Origin: Somniosus microcephalus
Lineage: Eukaryota
Assembly: GCA_052327205.1 (NCBI GenBank)
Contig: CM126212.1
Span: 185,876,001 to 185,940,000 of the forward strand
Direction of reading: 5' to 3'
DNA length: 64,000 bases
The stretch's first letter is position 1; every line of letters starts with the position of its first letter. Under the pieces are notes generated by a model. The model was given only the letters and a program-made list of their open reading frames with translations. It did no database searches and was not told where the DNA came from. Positions 1 to 38,085 of this stretch are shown in pieces. The position numbers were made by a program, and so were the translations under genes.

Positions 1-319
1 CGAACTTTTAATACACTTCACCCCGTCGGACTCATTTTTTAAGCAAGGGGTGAATGTGGTAAACCACTGTTGTTCACTCCACTGTTGTTCACTTCACTGT
101 TGTTCACTCTTGCCCATTGTTGTACCTGTCTGTGCATGCCTCAGCTGGCTCCGCCCCTGGCTCCACCCATATGCCCTGGTATAAAGGCGGCTGCTCTGCA
201 GTTCCCCAGGCATTCAGGACCGGTCGACCACTAGAGGCATGCCTTCGTTCTTTAGCTAATAAAAGCCTGTTTGTTACTCTCTTAACTTCCAGTCTTTCTC
301 AGTAATTGATAGCGCATCA
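1..319 (+). mobile_element. 3' end of an LTR retrotransposon (PPT plus 265-bp 3' LTR at 55-319), inserted into a CR1
   Basis: Purine tract AAGCAAGGGGTGAA directly before TG at 55; TATAAA 180-185; AATAAA 258-263; ends GCATCA at 319, where CR1 sequence resumes; 3x ~15-bp repeat at 64-108. Confidence 0.8.
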
Positions 320-1513
320 TCGAGGTCCCTCAGTATCTTATATGTTTCAATAAGATCACCTTTCATTCTTCTAAACTCCAATGAATATAGGCCCAACCTT
401 TCTTCATAAGTCAACCCCTTCATCTCAGGAATCAACCTCGTGAACCTTCTCTGAACTGCCTCCAATGCAAGCCTATCCCGCCTTAAATAAGGAGACCAAA
501 ACTCTACATAGTACTCCAGGTGGTCTCACCAATGCCCTGTACAGTTGTAGCAGGACTTCCCTGCTTTTATACTCCAACCCCCTTGCAATAAAGGCCAACA
601 TTCCATTTGGCTTCCTGATTACTTGCTGTACCTGCATGCTAACTTTTTGTGTTTCATGCACAAAGACCCCCAGGTCCCTCTGTACTGCAGCATTCTGTAA
701 TCTCTCTCCATTTAAATAATAATTTGCTTTTTTATTTTTCTTACCAAAGTGGATAATCTCACACTTTCCCACATTATACTCCATCTGCCAAATGTTTGCC
801 CACTCACTTAGCCTGTCTATATCCCTTTGAAGATTCTTTGTGTCCTCTTCACAACTTGCTTTCCCACCTATCTTTGTATCATCAGCAAATTTGGCCACAT
901 TACACTCAGTCCCTTCATCCAAGTCATTAATATAGATTGTAAATAGTTGAGGCCCCAGCACTGATCCCTGTGGCACTCCAATAGTTACTGTTTGCCAACC
1001 GGAAAATGACCCATTTATCCCGAATCTCTGTTTTCTGTTAGTTAGCCAATCCTCTATCCATGCTAATATATTACCCCCAACTCTGTGAGCTCTTATCTTG
1101 TGCAGTAACCTTTTATGTGGCACCTTATCGAATGCCTTCTGGAAATCCAAATACACCACATCCACTGGTTCCCCTTTATCCACACTGCTCGTTACATCCT
1201 CAAAGAACTCCAGCAAATTTGTCAAACATGATTTCCCTTTCATAAAACCATGCTGATTCTGCTTGACTGTATTATGATTTTCTAAATGTCCTGCTACTGC
1301 TTCCTTTATAATGGACTCCAGCCTTTTCCCAATGACAGATGTTATGCTAACTGGTCTATAGTTTCCTGTTTTCTGTCTCCCTCCCTTCTTAAATAGGGGC
1401 ATTAGATTTGTGGTTTTCCAATCTGCTGGGACCTCGCCAGAACCCACGGAAATTTGGTAGATTGCAACCAATGCATCCACTATCTCTGCAGCCACTTCTT
1501 TTAAGACACTAGG
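320..1513 (-). mobile_element. CR1 LINE ORF2 reverse-transcriptase fragment
   Basis: [31 protein letters not shown] and FADD motifs. Confidence 0.95.
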
Positions 1514-1806
1514 GTCAAGAGCCAGAGGACACACATTTAAGGTGATTGGCAGAAGAACCAAAGGCAACATGGGGAAAAACTTTTTACGCAGCGAGTGGTT
1601 ATAATCTGGAATGCACTGCCTGAAAGGGTGCTGGAGGCAGATTCAATCGTGGCTTTCAAAAGGATATTGGATAAGTACTTGAAGAAAAAAAATTGCAGGG
1701 CTACGGGAAAGAGCAGGGGAGTGGGACTAGCTTAAGTGCCCTTGCAGAGAGCAAGCACGGGCTCGACGGGCCGAATAACCTCCCTCTGTGCTGTAACCAT
1801 TCTATC
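1511..1806 (+). mobile_element. CR1 3' end (second subfamily), head-to-head with the previous copy
   Basis: RGHTFK...FTQRVV-type coding end and tail GGGCCGAATAACC...CATTCTAT; same type as 30412-30830. Confidence 0.9.
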
Positions 1807-1983
1807 ATAAGAGTTGGAAAGCGATTGTACGGGCCTGTACTGCAAAGCCACTCGCTGAGCTAGGTGGCGCTACCGCGGGAGCGGAGCCGAGCCGCCGGCT
1901 GGAGGCCCCTCGGTGCGGCCGCAGACGGGGGAAGGCTGGTTGTCGGCGAGTTCAGTTTGAGCGAAGAGCCGGAGAGGGAGAAA

Positions 1984-28834
<26,851 letters not shown>

Positions 28835-29020
28835 AGGATGATGGCTCCCAGTGTATGCAATGGCCATTTAGGTTTTGAATTGTTCTAGTTATTTCTCCAA
28901 ACTTGACCTTTTAATATTTACAAATCATGGGTTTAGTTTGTGCCATTGTTAAACCTTTATGTACATGTAGTCCAAACTTTATAGTTTACTACAGTGTAAA
29001 CATTTTGAGCAACTGTATAT

Positions 29021-29026
29021 AATAAA
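29021..29026 (+). terminator. PSMD6: PSMD6 polyadenylation signal
   Basis: AATAAA ~190 nt after the stop, with upstream TGTA motifs. Confidence 0.75.
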
Positions 29027-29536
29027 CACCCAGAGCATGTTTTCAAAATCGTGGCTCATGTATTTCAAAGAGAATTGGTATATTTAAAGATTAGGCTGGA
29101 ATTCCAATAATGATATCAAAGGATGTATTGTTTCTGAACTTTGATACACTGGGAAATTATTAAATGTTTTCTACTGCCTTTGCATTTTTTCACTTTATAA
29201 TTTATGGAGAAATCTGTTATTTACAGCATGTTTAAAGTTGCTATCACTAAGTAATAGTTAAAATACAGAATTGGTTGGGTCTGTTGAGAATTTGGGAGGG
29301 GTGTTAGAAGGTTAAATGGAAAGGAGTAAGGAGTCAGAGAATTACAGGACCGCTAAAGGCTGGATGAAAGAATAAAAACCTTAGTTAGAGAAAAGGCTGA
29401 CTGTGCAAACCGCAACCTATGAGGAACAGATTGCCAAATGACTTAGATAGCCACATATTCAGAGTGCCAAATTCTAAAATGAGAAACTGGAGAGTTCTTC
29501 ATGAGGAACAGTAAGTTTTGGGTAAAGATGCAAATA

Positions 29537-29836
29537 CAGGAAACTTTGGTTTATCCGGAGGTTAACTGTCCGGAATGCTCGATCCACCGGTAAAATTCAG
29601 GAGTCGGTTCAGTAAGTTTTTTTTCTTTTTGTTGCTTTTTTTTCAACCAGTCAGGCTCTGCAAGGTCTAGCTAAAGCTGTTGCTTAGCTACAGAGACGCT
29701 TGCAAGCTATGGCTGACTGTTTAGAAGCTGTGGTTTGTTGCTAGATACGGAGCTCAAAAGCGCTGGTTTGTCTGGCAGTTTTGATGGGACGGCAACAGCT
29801 CGGTCCTGTCGGTGCCGGATATCACAAAGTTTCCTG
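29537..29836. mobile_element. Tigger/pogo-like MITE, inverted relative to 7480-7812
   Basis: TA|CAGGAAACTTTG...CAAAGTTTCCTG|TA; interior is a reverse-complement homolog of 7480-7812. Confidence 0.9.
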
Positions 29837-29959
29837 TAACTGGATTTCTAAAGCATAAGCTGGATAATGGTGTACTATAAACTCCAATAGTATGGTTAAA
29901 GGGGAAATCTATTCTGCAATTCTTGCAACAAAAAAAAGCCATGAAGTGTTAACATTTTG

Positions 29960-30410
29960 GACTGGGGAGTCATTAGTACAAGTTCAAAATTTACAGATGA
30001 CACCAAATTGAGGGTTTAGTAACTGAGGAAGATTATGACAAAATACAAGAGCAGAATGGTGTGTAAATAGCAAATTAATTTCAATATGGGTAAGTATGAG
30101 GTGGTACATGTTGGTAGGAGAAATAGAGGCCACATACTCCTACCATCCTAATGGGGTAGAGGAGCAGAGAGACCCAAGGGTACAGATTCAAAAATCATTA
30201 AATGTAGCAATGCAGGTTACCAAGGCCATAAAGCACTGAGATTTAGTTTGAGAGGAATAGAATTGAAAAGCAGAGAAGTTATGTTAAACTTGAATAGAAC
30301 CTTGGTTAGATAACACTTGGAGTACTATGGATAGTTCTGGTCTCCATACTTTTTTTTTTTTTTTTTTTAAAGTGAGGCACTGGAAAAGCTACATGGACGA
30401 AACCAGAACT
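29960..30410 (+). mobile_element. Old decayed CR1 fragment
   Basis: AAATTTACAGATGACACCAAA (FADD-like) and LEY...WSPY remnants. Confidence 0.7.
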
Positions 30411-30411
30411 G

Positions 30412-31845
30412 AATCATAGAATGGTTACAGCACAGAAGGAGGCCATTCGGCCTGTCAAGCCCGTGCGGCTTTCTGTAAGAGCACTTCAGCTAGTCCCACT
30501 CCCCCGCCGTAGCCCCGCAAATTTTTTTCCTTTAGGTACTTATCCAATTCCCTTTTGAAAGCCACGATTGAATCTGTCTCCACCACCCTTCTCAGGCAGT
30601 GCATTCCAGATCCTAACCACGCACTGCGTTAGAGGTTTTTCCTCATGTCGCCTTTGGTTCTTCTGCCAATCACCTTAAATCTGTGACCTCTGGTTCTCGA
30701 CCGTTCCACCATTGGGAACACTTTCTCTCTATCTAGACCCCTCATGATTTTGAACACCTCTATCAAATCTCCTCTCAACCTTCTCTGCTCTAAGGAGAAC
30801 AACCCCAGCTTCTCCAATCTATCCATGTAACTGAAGTCTCATCCCTGGAACCATTCTTGTAAATCTTTTTTGCACCCTCTAAAGCCTTCACATCCTTCCT
30901 AAAGTGCAGTGCCCAGAATTGGACAATATTCCAGTTGAGGCCAAACCAGTGTTTTATAAAGGTTCATACCTTCCTCGCTTTTGTACTCTATGCTTCTATG
31001 TATTTTTTTTTAACTGCTTTCTCAACCTGCCCTACCACCTTCAACAATTTGTGCACATATCCCCCAGGTCTCTGTTCATGCACCCCTTTGAGTTGTACCC
31101 TTTAGTTTATGTAGTGCCTCCTTGTTCTTCCTACCAAAAATGTATCACTTCACACTTTTCTGCATTAAATTTAATCTGCCACGTGTCTGCCTATTCCACC
31201 AGCCTGTCGTATGTCTACTTGAAGTCTATCACTCATCCTTCACTGTTCACTATACTTCCAAGTTTTGTGTCATCTGCAAATCTTGAAATTGTGCCCTGTA
31301 CACCCAAGTCATTAATATAGATCAAGAAAAGCAGTGGTCCTAGTACCAGCCCCTGGGGAACACCACTGTATAACCTCCTCCAGTCTGAAAAACAACCGTT
31401 CACCAGTACTGTTTCATGTCACTTAGCCAATTTCGTATCTATGCTGCCATTGTCCCTTTTATTACATGAGCTTCAACTTTGCTGGCAAGCCTATTATGTG
31501 GCACTTTATCAAACACCTTTTGGAAGTCCATGTACACCACATCAACTGGTACCTCCAATCAATTTTTATTACAGCCAGTATCTCAATTACCTCTTTCACT
31601 ATGACTTTGGTTGCATCTGTCTTTACCAAGGAAGAAGATGCTAAGTACTCATTTACTACCTCAGCTGTGCCCTCCACGCTTAGGTCTCCTTTTTGGTCCC
31701 TAATTGGCCCCACCCCTCCTCTTACTATCAGTTTACTATTTATATATATATATACACCTATAGAAGACTTTTGAATTCTCTTATGTTAGCTGCCAATCTA
31801 TTCTCCTACTCTTTGCCCCTTATTTCCTTTTTCACTTCCCCTCTG
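30412..31845 (-). mobile_element. Internally deleted CR1
   Basis: LFSLEQRRLRGDLIEVFK, SRTRGHRFK and RT remnants; ATCATAGAAT tail. Confidence 0.92.
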
Positions 31846-32074
31846 TGTAAAATGGGGGGAGATATCAAGTGATGCAGATATGGCTGGAGTGACTATTTTG
31901 TAATTAATGCAGTGAAGAAAGACAGTGAAGCATATATTACAAGCTAGGATACAGGCAGCAGTAATTGGGCAAAGTTTGGGCTGCAGGTTATGAAAATGTG
32001 GATGAAGGGGGCTTTTGTGGGTTTGGTGATGGACTGGATGGTAGTGTTTTGGCTGGGATGAGATGGAATCTAGC

Positions 32075-32922
32075 AACATGCAACATTCAGGCTTGGGCTG
32101 ATAAGTAGCAAGTAACATTCACACCACACAAGTGCCAGGCAATGACCATCTCTAACAAGAGAGACTAGCCACAGAGTTAACGTTTCAGGTCGATGACCCT
32201 TCGTCAGACCATTGACCTGAACCGTTAACTGTTTCTCCACAGATGCTGCTGTGACCCGAGCCTCCGGCCGCCTGTCACTTTAATTCTCCGCTCCACTCCC
32301 ACCTCGGCCTCTTACACTCTTCCAACAAAGCGCAACGTAAGCTCGAGGAACGGCACCTCATCTTTCGATTAGGCACTTCACAGCTTTCTGGACTCAACAT
32401 TGAACTTTCAGACCATAACCTCTGCCCCTATTTTTTTCACATGGCAGCTGTTGATGATTCTGCCATTTCCATCTCTTCTAGACTCATCATTTGTGTCTTT
32501 ACTTGTCCCATTACCATCTCCTTTTGCCTTGCACCATCATTCCTTTTGTCTTTCAATCTCTCCTGCCTTCCATCCTATCACCGACCTTTCCTTTGTTCTT
32601 TCCGCCCCTCTGCCCTTTCCCTGCCCCACACTTGCTTAAATATCTGGTACTTCTCCAACTTTTTCCAGTTCTGAAGAAGGGTCATCGATCTGAAATGTTG
32701 ACCCTGTTTCTCTCTCTCCACAATGCTGCCTGACCGTTCCAGCATTTTCTGACTAGGAAATATATCGCCATTGCTTCATCATGGCTGGGTCAAAATCTTG
32801 GAACACCACACAGACTGTAGAAGTTCAACAGGGCGGTTCACCAACTTTTGAAGGGCAATTAGGGATGGGTAATAAATGTTGGCCTTGCCAGCGACACCCG
32901 CATCCTATGAATGAATAAAAAA
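32075..32922 (+). mobile_element. Deleted CR1/L2-type LINE 3' part hosting a Penelope insertion
   Basis: Tail GGGCAATTAGGGATGGGTAATAAATG...TGAATGAATAAAAAA; related to 53370-54110 and 60275-60365. Confidence 0.6.
32171..32750 (+). mobile_element. Penelope-like element with an inverted partial pLTR at its 5' end
   Basis: RKLEERHLIFRLG remnant; hammerhead-type motifs at 32171-32207 (-) and 32671-32700 (+). Confidence 0.88.
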
Positions 32923-34757
32923 GGGAGCCGGGCCTGCTCAGCTCACGATTTCCTGGCGTGGATGCAGCCTAGGAACCGGGCACTACCAAAAAAGGAAAGT
33001 TCTCATTTGATTTTTTTTTTTTTTTTTTAAATCATGGAGTCAGGTGGTATATGGCCTCCCTGCTGTCCTCCCTCAACCCCCAGCACTTAGTTGAGGGTTA
33101 CTGCCAGGTGAGGCAAGTGACCCAAAATTCTTCCGAAACAGGCAAGCTGCCTGTGGAGGTACGGCACGTGCCAGCAGCTTGCCTAAATTATTGAAATGAG
33201 GCCAGAGGCCCAATTTCCGTTGGGCATCGAGTCTCCTGGTTGGGGTACACACTGTATGTGGGCCCAGCTGAATTTCTAACTCAGTCTGTCACTTGGAAGA
33301 CCAGATGGGAGGTGTAAAGAAGGTGCACGACTTAAAAACATAAAAAGTGAAGGGATGAGTATTACTGTAAAGTAGAAGTACAGATATTGGTTGAAAATTT
33401 GCTGTGGCACAGCAACAAACAGCTCCCGTTGTTAGACTTGCCCGTTTAATGTTGATATTTTTCGCTGCAAATGTGAGATGGAAACAGCGCTGCACCCTCT
33501 ACAGGGCATCTGGGATCTGAGTGAACAGAGCAAGCAACTGTGGGAGGTCTGAAAGAAGGTGCACTACTTAAAAGGAAAGTTAACAGTTCAAGTCCACGTT
33601 GGTAGTGTTAAGGTTTAAGCTAACTAAAGGTTGATCTCTGCCCATTTTATACCATGGCTTAGTTAAAACCTGTACAACCTACAAGTATCACACTTTTGGA
33701 TTACTAAGTTCATTATAGGGCATTAAAAGTATCAAATGCCAGGGGTCTATCCTAGGTAGATTTAGACATTACCCATTTTCCATTCTTCCAGATGTTGACC
33801 AAAGATCAGTGCACATCAGAATTTCTCCTTTTTCCTAGCTCCCACTATACCTAAAATAGTACTACTCCCTCATGCAGAAGGTGCAGGGTGGTTACCACTA
33901 TAATACTGTTGCAATACGTCAGAAATGTGATATCTTATTCAGATTTGGCTTATTTCAGACTCCCCATTTTATGGAATGGGAGAGGGGAAAGGAGATTGAT
34001 CCATCAGCACTGTGGATTGTGTATAGTACATGGGCACCCAGGGAATCACATTCATCTTTCTAGTTGACATCAAATCATCACTACACAACTGAATTGCCTG
34101 CATTAAGACAGCTTCAGATTGATCTTATGTAATAACACCTGACACTAGGACAGGGAATAAATAGGCAGGAGGCCAAGTTCTGGGATTTTTCTTTAGCTAA
34201 ATCAAGGCACAGAGGACAGATTACAGAAATGTTATTGCATAGATGCTATAACCATCTCCGACACCCGAAAAAAGTAGGATGCCATTGCTGGTCAGTTAGA
34301 CTCCTCACTGATGAAATGAGCTGGAGTTCCTGGAAGCACTTGACTTCCCTGTACAACCATCAATTATTTTTTTAAATCTGTGTAAGGAAAGGGCTGATGC
34401 AAAAATAGGAATCATTTTTCATACTTCTATACAACTTTAAAATACTTAAGTCATTCCCTAGAGTCCCTCATCCAGTAAAAATTCAAAGAAAGAAAACTGC
34501 ATAAATTTTAATGCGTATCTATTCCAAAAACACAGTAAAATCTGTAGTGCAGGCAATGAGCCATCCATTTCAAGCTTCCCAGCTAAACCAATCCATGACA
34601 TTCCCAGCTGACTTCAAAGGCTTAATCTGAACAAGTCTTTAGTGCATTTTGTACCCCAGGATTCATATTTTGAACAGAGCTTAGATATTTTAATTCTCAT
34701 AAATGGTACACAAAGAATCAAAGACTACATTTGTTATAAATAACAGTATAAATTATT

Positions 34758-34763
34758 TTTATT
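34758..34763 (-). terminator. ATXN7: ATXN7 distal polyadenylation signal
   Basis: TGTAAATAAAAATAA context on -. Confidence 0.65.
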
Positions 34764-35559
34764 TACAGAACTTGTTACAAAACAAATAGACTATACATTT
34801 TCAAATATCGAAAGATTCTGACCCATGACATTTGTTCATGAATTATACAGCAGGCAACACAAAGTCCAGCTGATACCATAGCGACCAGGTGCGCTTGATT
34901 ATGCGTACTTCTGAAACTATTCACACTTTACACAGGAGGTTGCTTTTAGAACCAGGCTCAAATAATGAGCAGGAGCAAGATGATTTGCTATCAGGCTTAC
35001 ATTCACGAGATGTGTAGTGTTAAACTCTTCACTTATGTCTCTATTGCTTTTGCCTTTGCAATTGTTTTATTCCTTACATTAGTTAAACCTGAATTATTAA
35101 CAGGGTCTGAGTGCCTATTTTAAGACAAGAATACTTCTCCTATGTTCAGAATGTTCATCTCACCTTTTTAACTTAAAATAAATTTCATTTGAATTTGCAG
35201 TATTAGTATAGGATCCTATCGAGGAAATATTTTTTTTATAGGAAGACTTACTCCTGAAACATTGCATTTTGTGACCCTATTAATCCACAAAGAATTTTAG
35301 GAGATACTCAGTGAAATCCAAGATATTTCCTTTCCAAAAGGCACCATCACCTTCAAAATATAGTCAGGGTGCGAATATTTACATTCCAGTAGTATTAGAT
35401 ACTATGGGTCAAACTCAAAAGTACAATTATTTTAATGAGCCAAGTTATACAGCAATAGTGCTTTAGACCTTTTTCACTGTCAATTATTTAAAACATGGTG
35501 CTTCAACAAAGGTACAGAAATGTAAAGGCCTTTTGTTTTGCTCTTGGCTGGTGGTACAA

Positions 35560-35560
<1 letters not shown>

Positions 35561-35592
<32 letters not shown>
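35561..35592. repeat. (CA)16 microsatellite in the ATXN7 3'UTR
   Basis: Read directly. Confidence 0.97.
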
Positions 35593-35594
<2 letters not shown>

Positions 35595-38067
35595 ACAATC
35601 AGAATTTGAAAGAAATTGGTATATATTCATTTCACAATTGAGAAAGATTCAATCATTCCAAATTAATTTGTTGATAAGGTTTAAGCATAATGAGAAACAT
35701 TAGGAACCCACAGGTGGAAAAAGCAAGCTCCTAATCTAAAACTGAACATTCAATATTTTTTTAAATGCTCAATTTAAACAGTCGTTTTGAAGCAACTATC
35801 AGGCACTTTAAATTTTGACTAAAAGCTGCAAAAATGATGTCGTTAAAAAGCAGTTTCTTTTCAGATGTTGTGTCTGGGATGATTTTCTTTTGAATGCAAT
35901 TGTTACACTGGGAGTTAGGCAACAAATGAATATTTTATTAGTGAAATAGTTGAGGCTTTCTTCTCTTCCCCTCCCCCCACTTCCAAAAAATAAATCATTT
36001 CACTCCCAAATTCCAAAATGGACAAAAGTTTTATAAAAAGTGCCCCATAAATCTTATACTGTAGGTATTTTGCATTATTGGCTGGGCAGTGAATCTCTAA
36101 ACAATAAGGTACTTTTTACCTGTTATTTATTAATTCCTAAATAAATAAATACCAGATGATTTCAAAATTGTACCAAAACTGGATATAAGAAAATGACCTG
36201 TGCAAAAATACATATTTAATATGTACAATTTTAACAAAATATGCATTCTGAAATAGGGATATTTCCATACTTTTGTATAATCCATTAAACAAGAAAATTC
36301 AAAATAAAAAGGTACAAAAATTGTGACATACTCTATCTCTTAGTTTGTTGAAAACTGGGGTAAGAAAACTGTGAGTTACAATTGATAGATGTCCCAAAGG
36401 AACAAGTAAGCTTCAGTAAAAGCCAGTCTTAAAAATATCTACTTGGATGCAGAAGGTGTGCCATTTTATTACAGCAGAAAGGAGCAGTTTTCTTTTTTAG
36501 TAATTTCCGTAGAAGCCTTTACAATCCAAAAGGAAATGGCATTATTACTTGGTCACCAACTTAAACTGTTCCACAAGAAATTGCATTTGCAACAGATGGC
36601 TCCTTTTATTGTTTTCCTGCCATTTGTCCAACAATGATTCCAAGAGTATATTCGACTATACACGAGTTTTATATTTTTTTTAATCTGTCTATATAGAATT
36701 TACTACACTGTCCTCAAAAATCTGTGTTAAGATTAATGCAACAGATTGTGTTAGTGTATGCTCACATTCTCCATACTGTGCACACATTGTTCCTTACATC
36801 TAGATTGGGGAGAAAGTGAAAGCTGCAACACTGAGTTGATGTTGCAAACATTTGCTTTCACCTGATATACTCTCCAACGTGTAGACCAATAGGGAAAATG
36901 TTGAAAAGTGCCCAAATTTTCAATAAAGTGGTCATTTTAAAAAAATGTGTGGAATTTTCATTCTGAAATCCCTGATTTTACACATATTGTGTTTATCTGA
37001 CATGAAAATTTACAACTGTATCCCTTTTTATTAAAATCTATTCCAGAATAGTTGGGAGTATGGATATAATCTATTAGTGCAAAAATTATGTGGACTACAG
37101 ATAGGCCAAAAGGGGAGGAAGCAGCGTACACTAAAATCATTTTTTCTTACCATTTTCTACAGGCAAGACCAAGCTGCAAATGCCACTGAACCCCAGCAGT
37201 TTGTACCATATTCATGGTACAAAATGTATTCATTTAAGCAAACATGAATGTTTTATTCATAAAGATAAAATTGTTGCATCTATAATCCAAACATGATGCA
37301 ATTTCTTTCAGCTCACCAGTCTGCTGTATTTCTAACCAGGGAGCAGTTAGAATTTACACACAAAATTCTTAAAATAAATCACTATAAACAGAACTCGATA
37401 GCATTTGCTGGACTGTAACTTCCCATTTTTGTCATTTTAGTTCCACAATTTTTTTCTGCTCAAAAAAGCCAAGATTTAACAAAAATAAAACAGTAATTTC
37501 AAAATAACTACCTGACACAAGTCCTCATACTTGGCAACTGTTTAGTTCAAACGTAGACACAGTACACACAAATCTAATGAAAAAATAAATACAACATATC
37601 TGCTTTGTGATACAAATTTCCAGTAGATGCCAAGGGGCTTTGGAACAAAGAAACACCCCATTAACTAATTTGTCATTATGCTTATTCTTAAACTCTTGGC
37701 AGTTCTGAATCCAAAACTGTTCAGCAAATGCACCTGTCAGCGGTAAATAGTTTAAAAACTGCACCTTTGCATAAATCTCATCGATCAGTAGTCATTCTTC
37801 TATCAACGTACCCAATATTTAATACTGATTTTAACAGTTGCAGTGGCCAAACCAACTCAATTTAAAATGTGCCACTATAGAAGGTGGCATTTCCAAAAAC
37901 TTGGCTTCAGAACCTGTATACAGTTTTGATTCCACTATCCACAGTACCTCTAGACCTGAGGGACAAGGGAAGTCGAGATAACTCCAAGGCCTCTTGCAGT
38001 TCAGAGTGCCCGTTATTAAAAAAAAATCAAAAGGATGTCCAGTTTTTTTCCAGAAGAGCATTGGTTA

Positions 38068-38085
38068 TCAGGGTCGAGCCTTTGG
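38068..38085 (-). CDS. ATXN7: ATXN7 terminal coding exon PKARP-stop
   Basis: ttgcag|CCA AAG GCT CGA CCC TGA on -. Confidence 0.93.
   Translation of the reverse strand, partial: PKARP

Larger units (their letters stand above)
34740..38067 (-). other. ATXN7: ATXN7 3'UTR (~3.3 kb)
   Basis: AT-rich stretch with no recognisable transposon, running from the stop codon to AATAAA on - at 34758-34763. Confidence 0.75.

Noticed and set aside
320-1806. Twin-priming 5' inversion of a single CR1
   Set aside because: The two halves belong to different CR1 subfamilies, and the left end is explained by the LTR insertion
1864-1983. 40-aa N-terminal extension of PSMD6 from a GTG start
   Set aside because: The canonical protein starts at ATG 1984; the open frame is expected in GC-rich sequence
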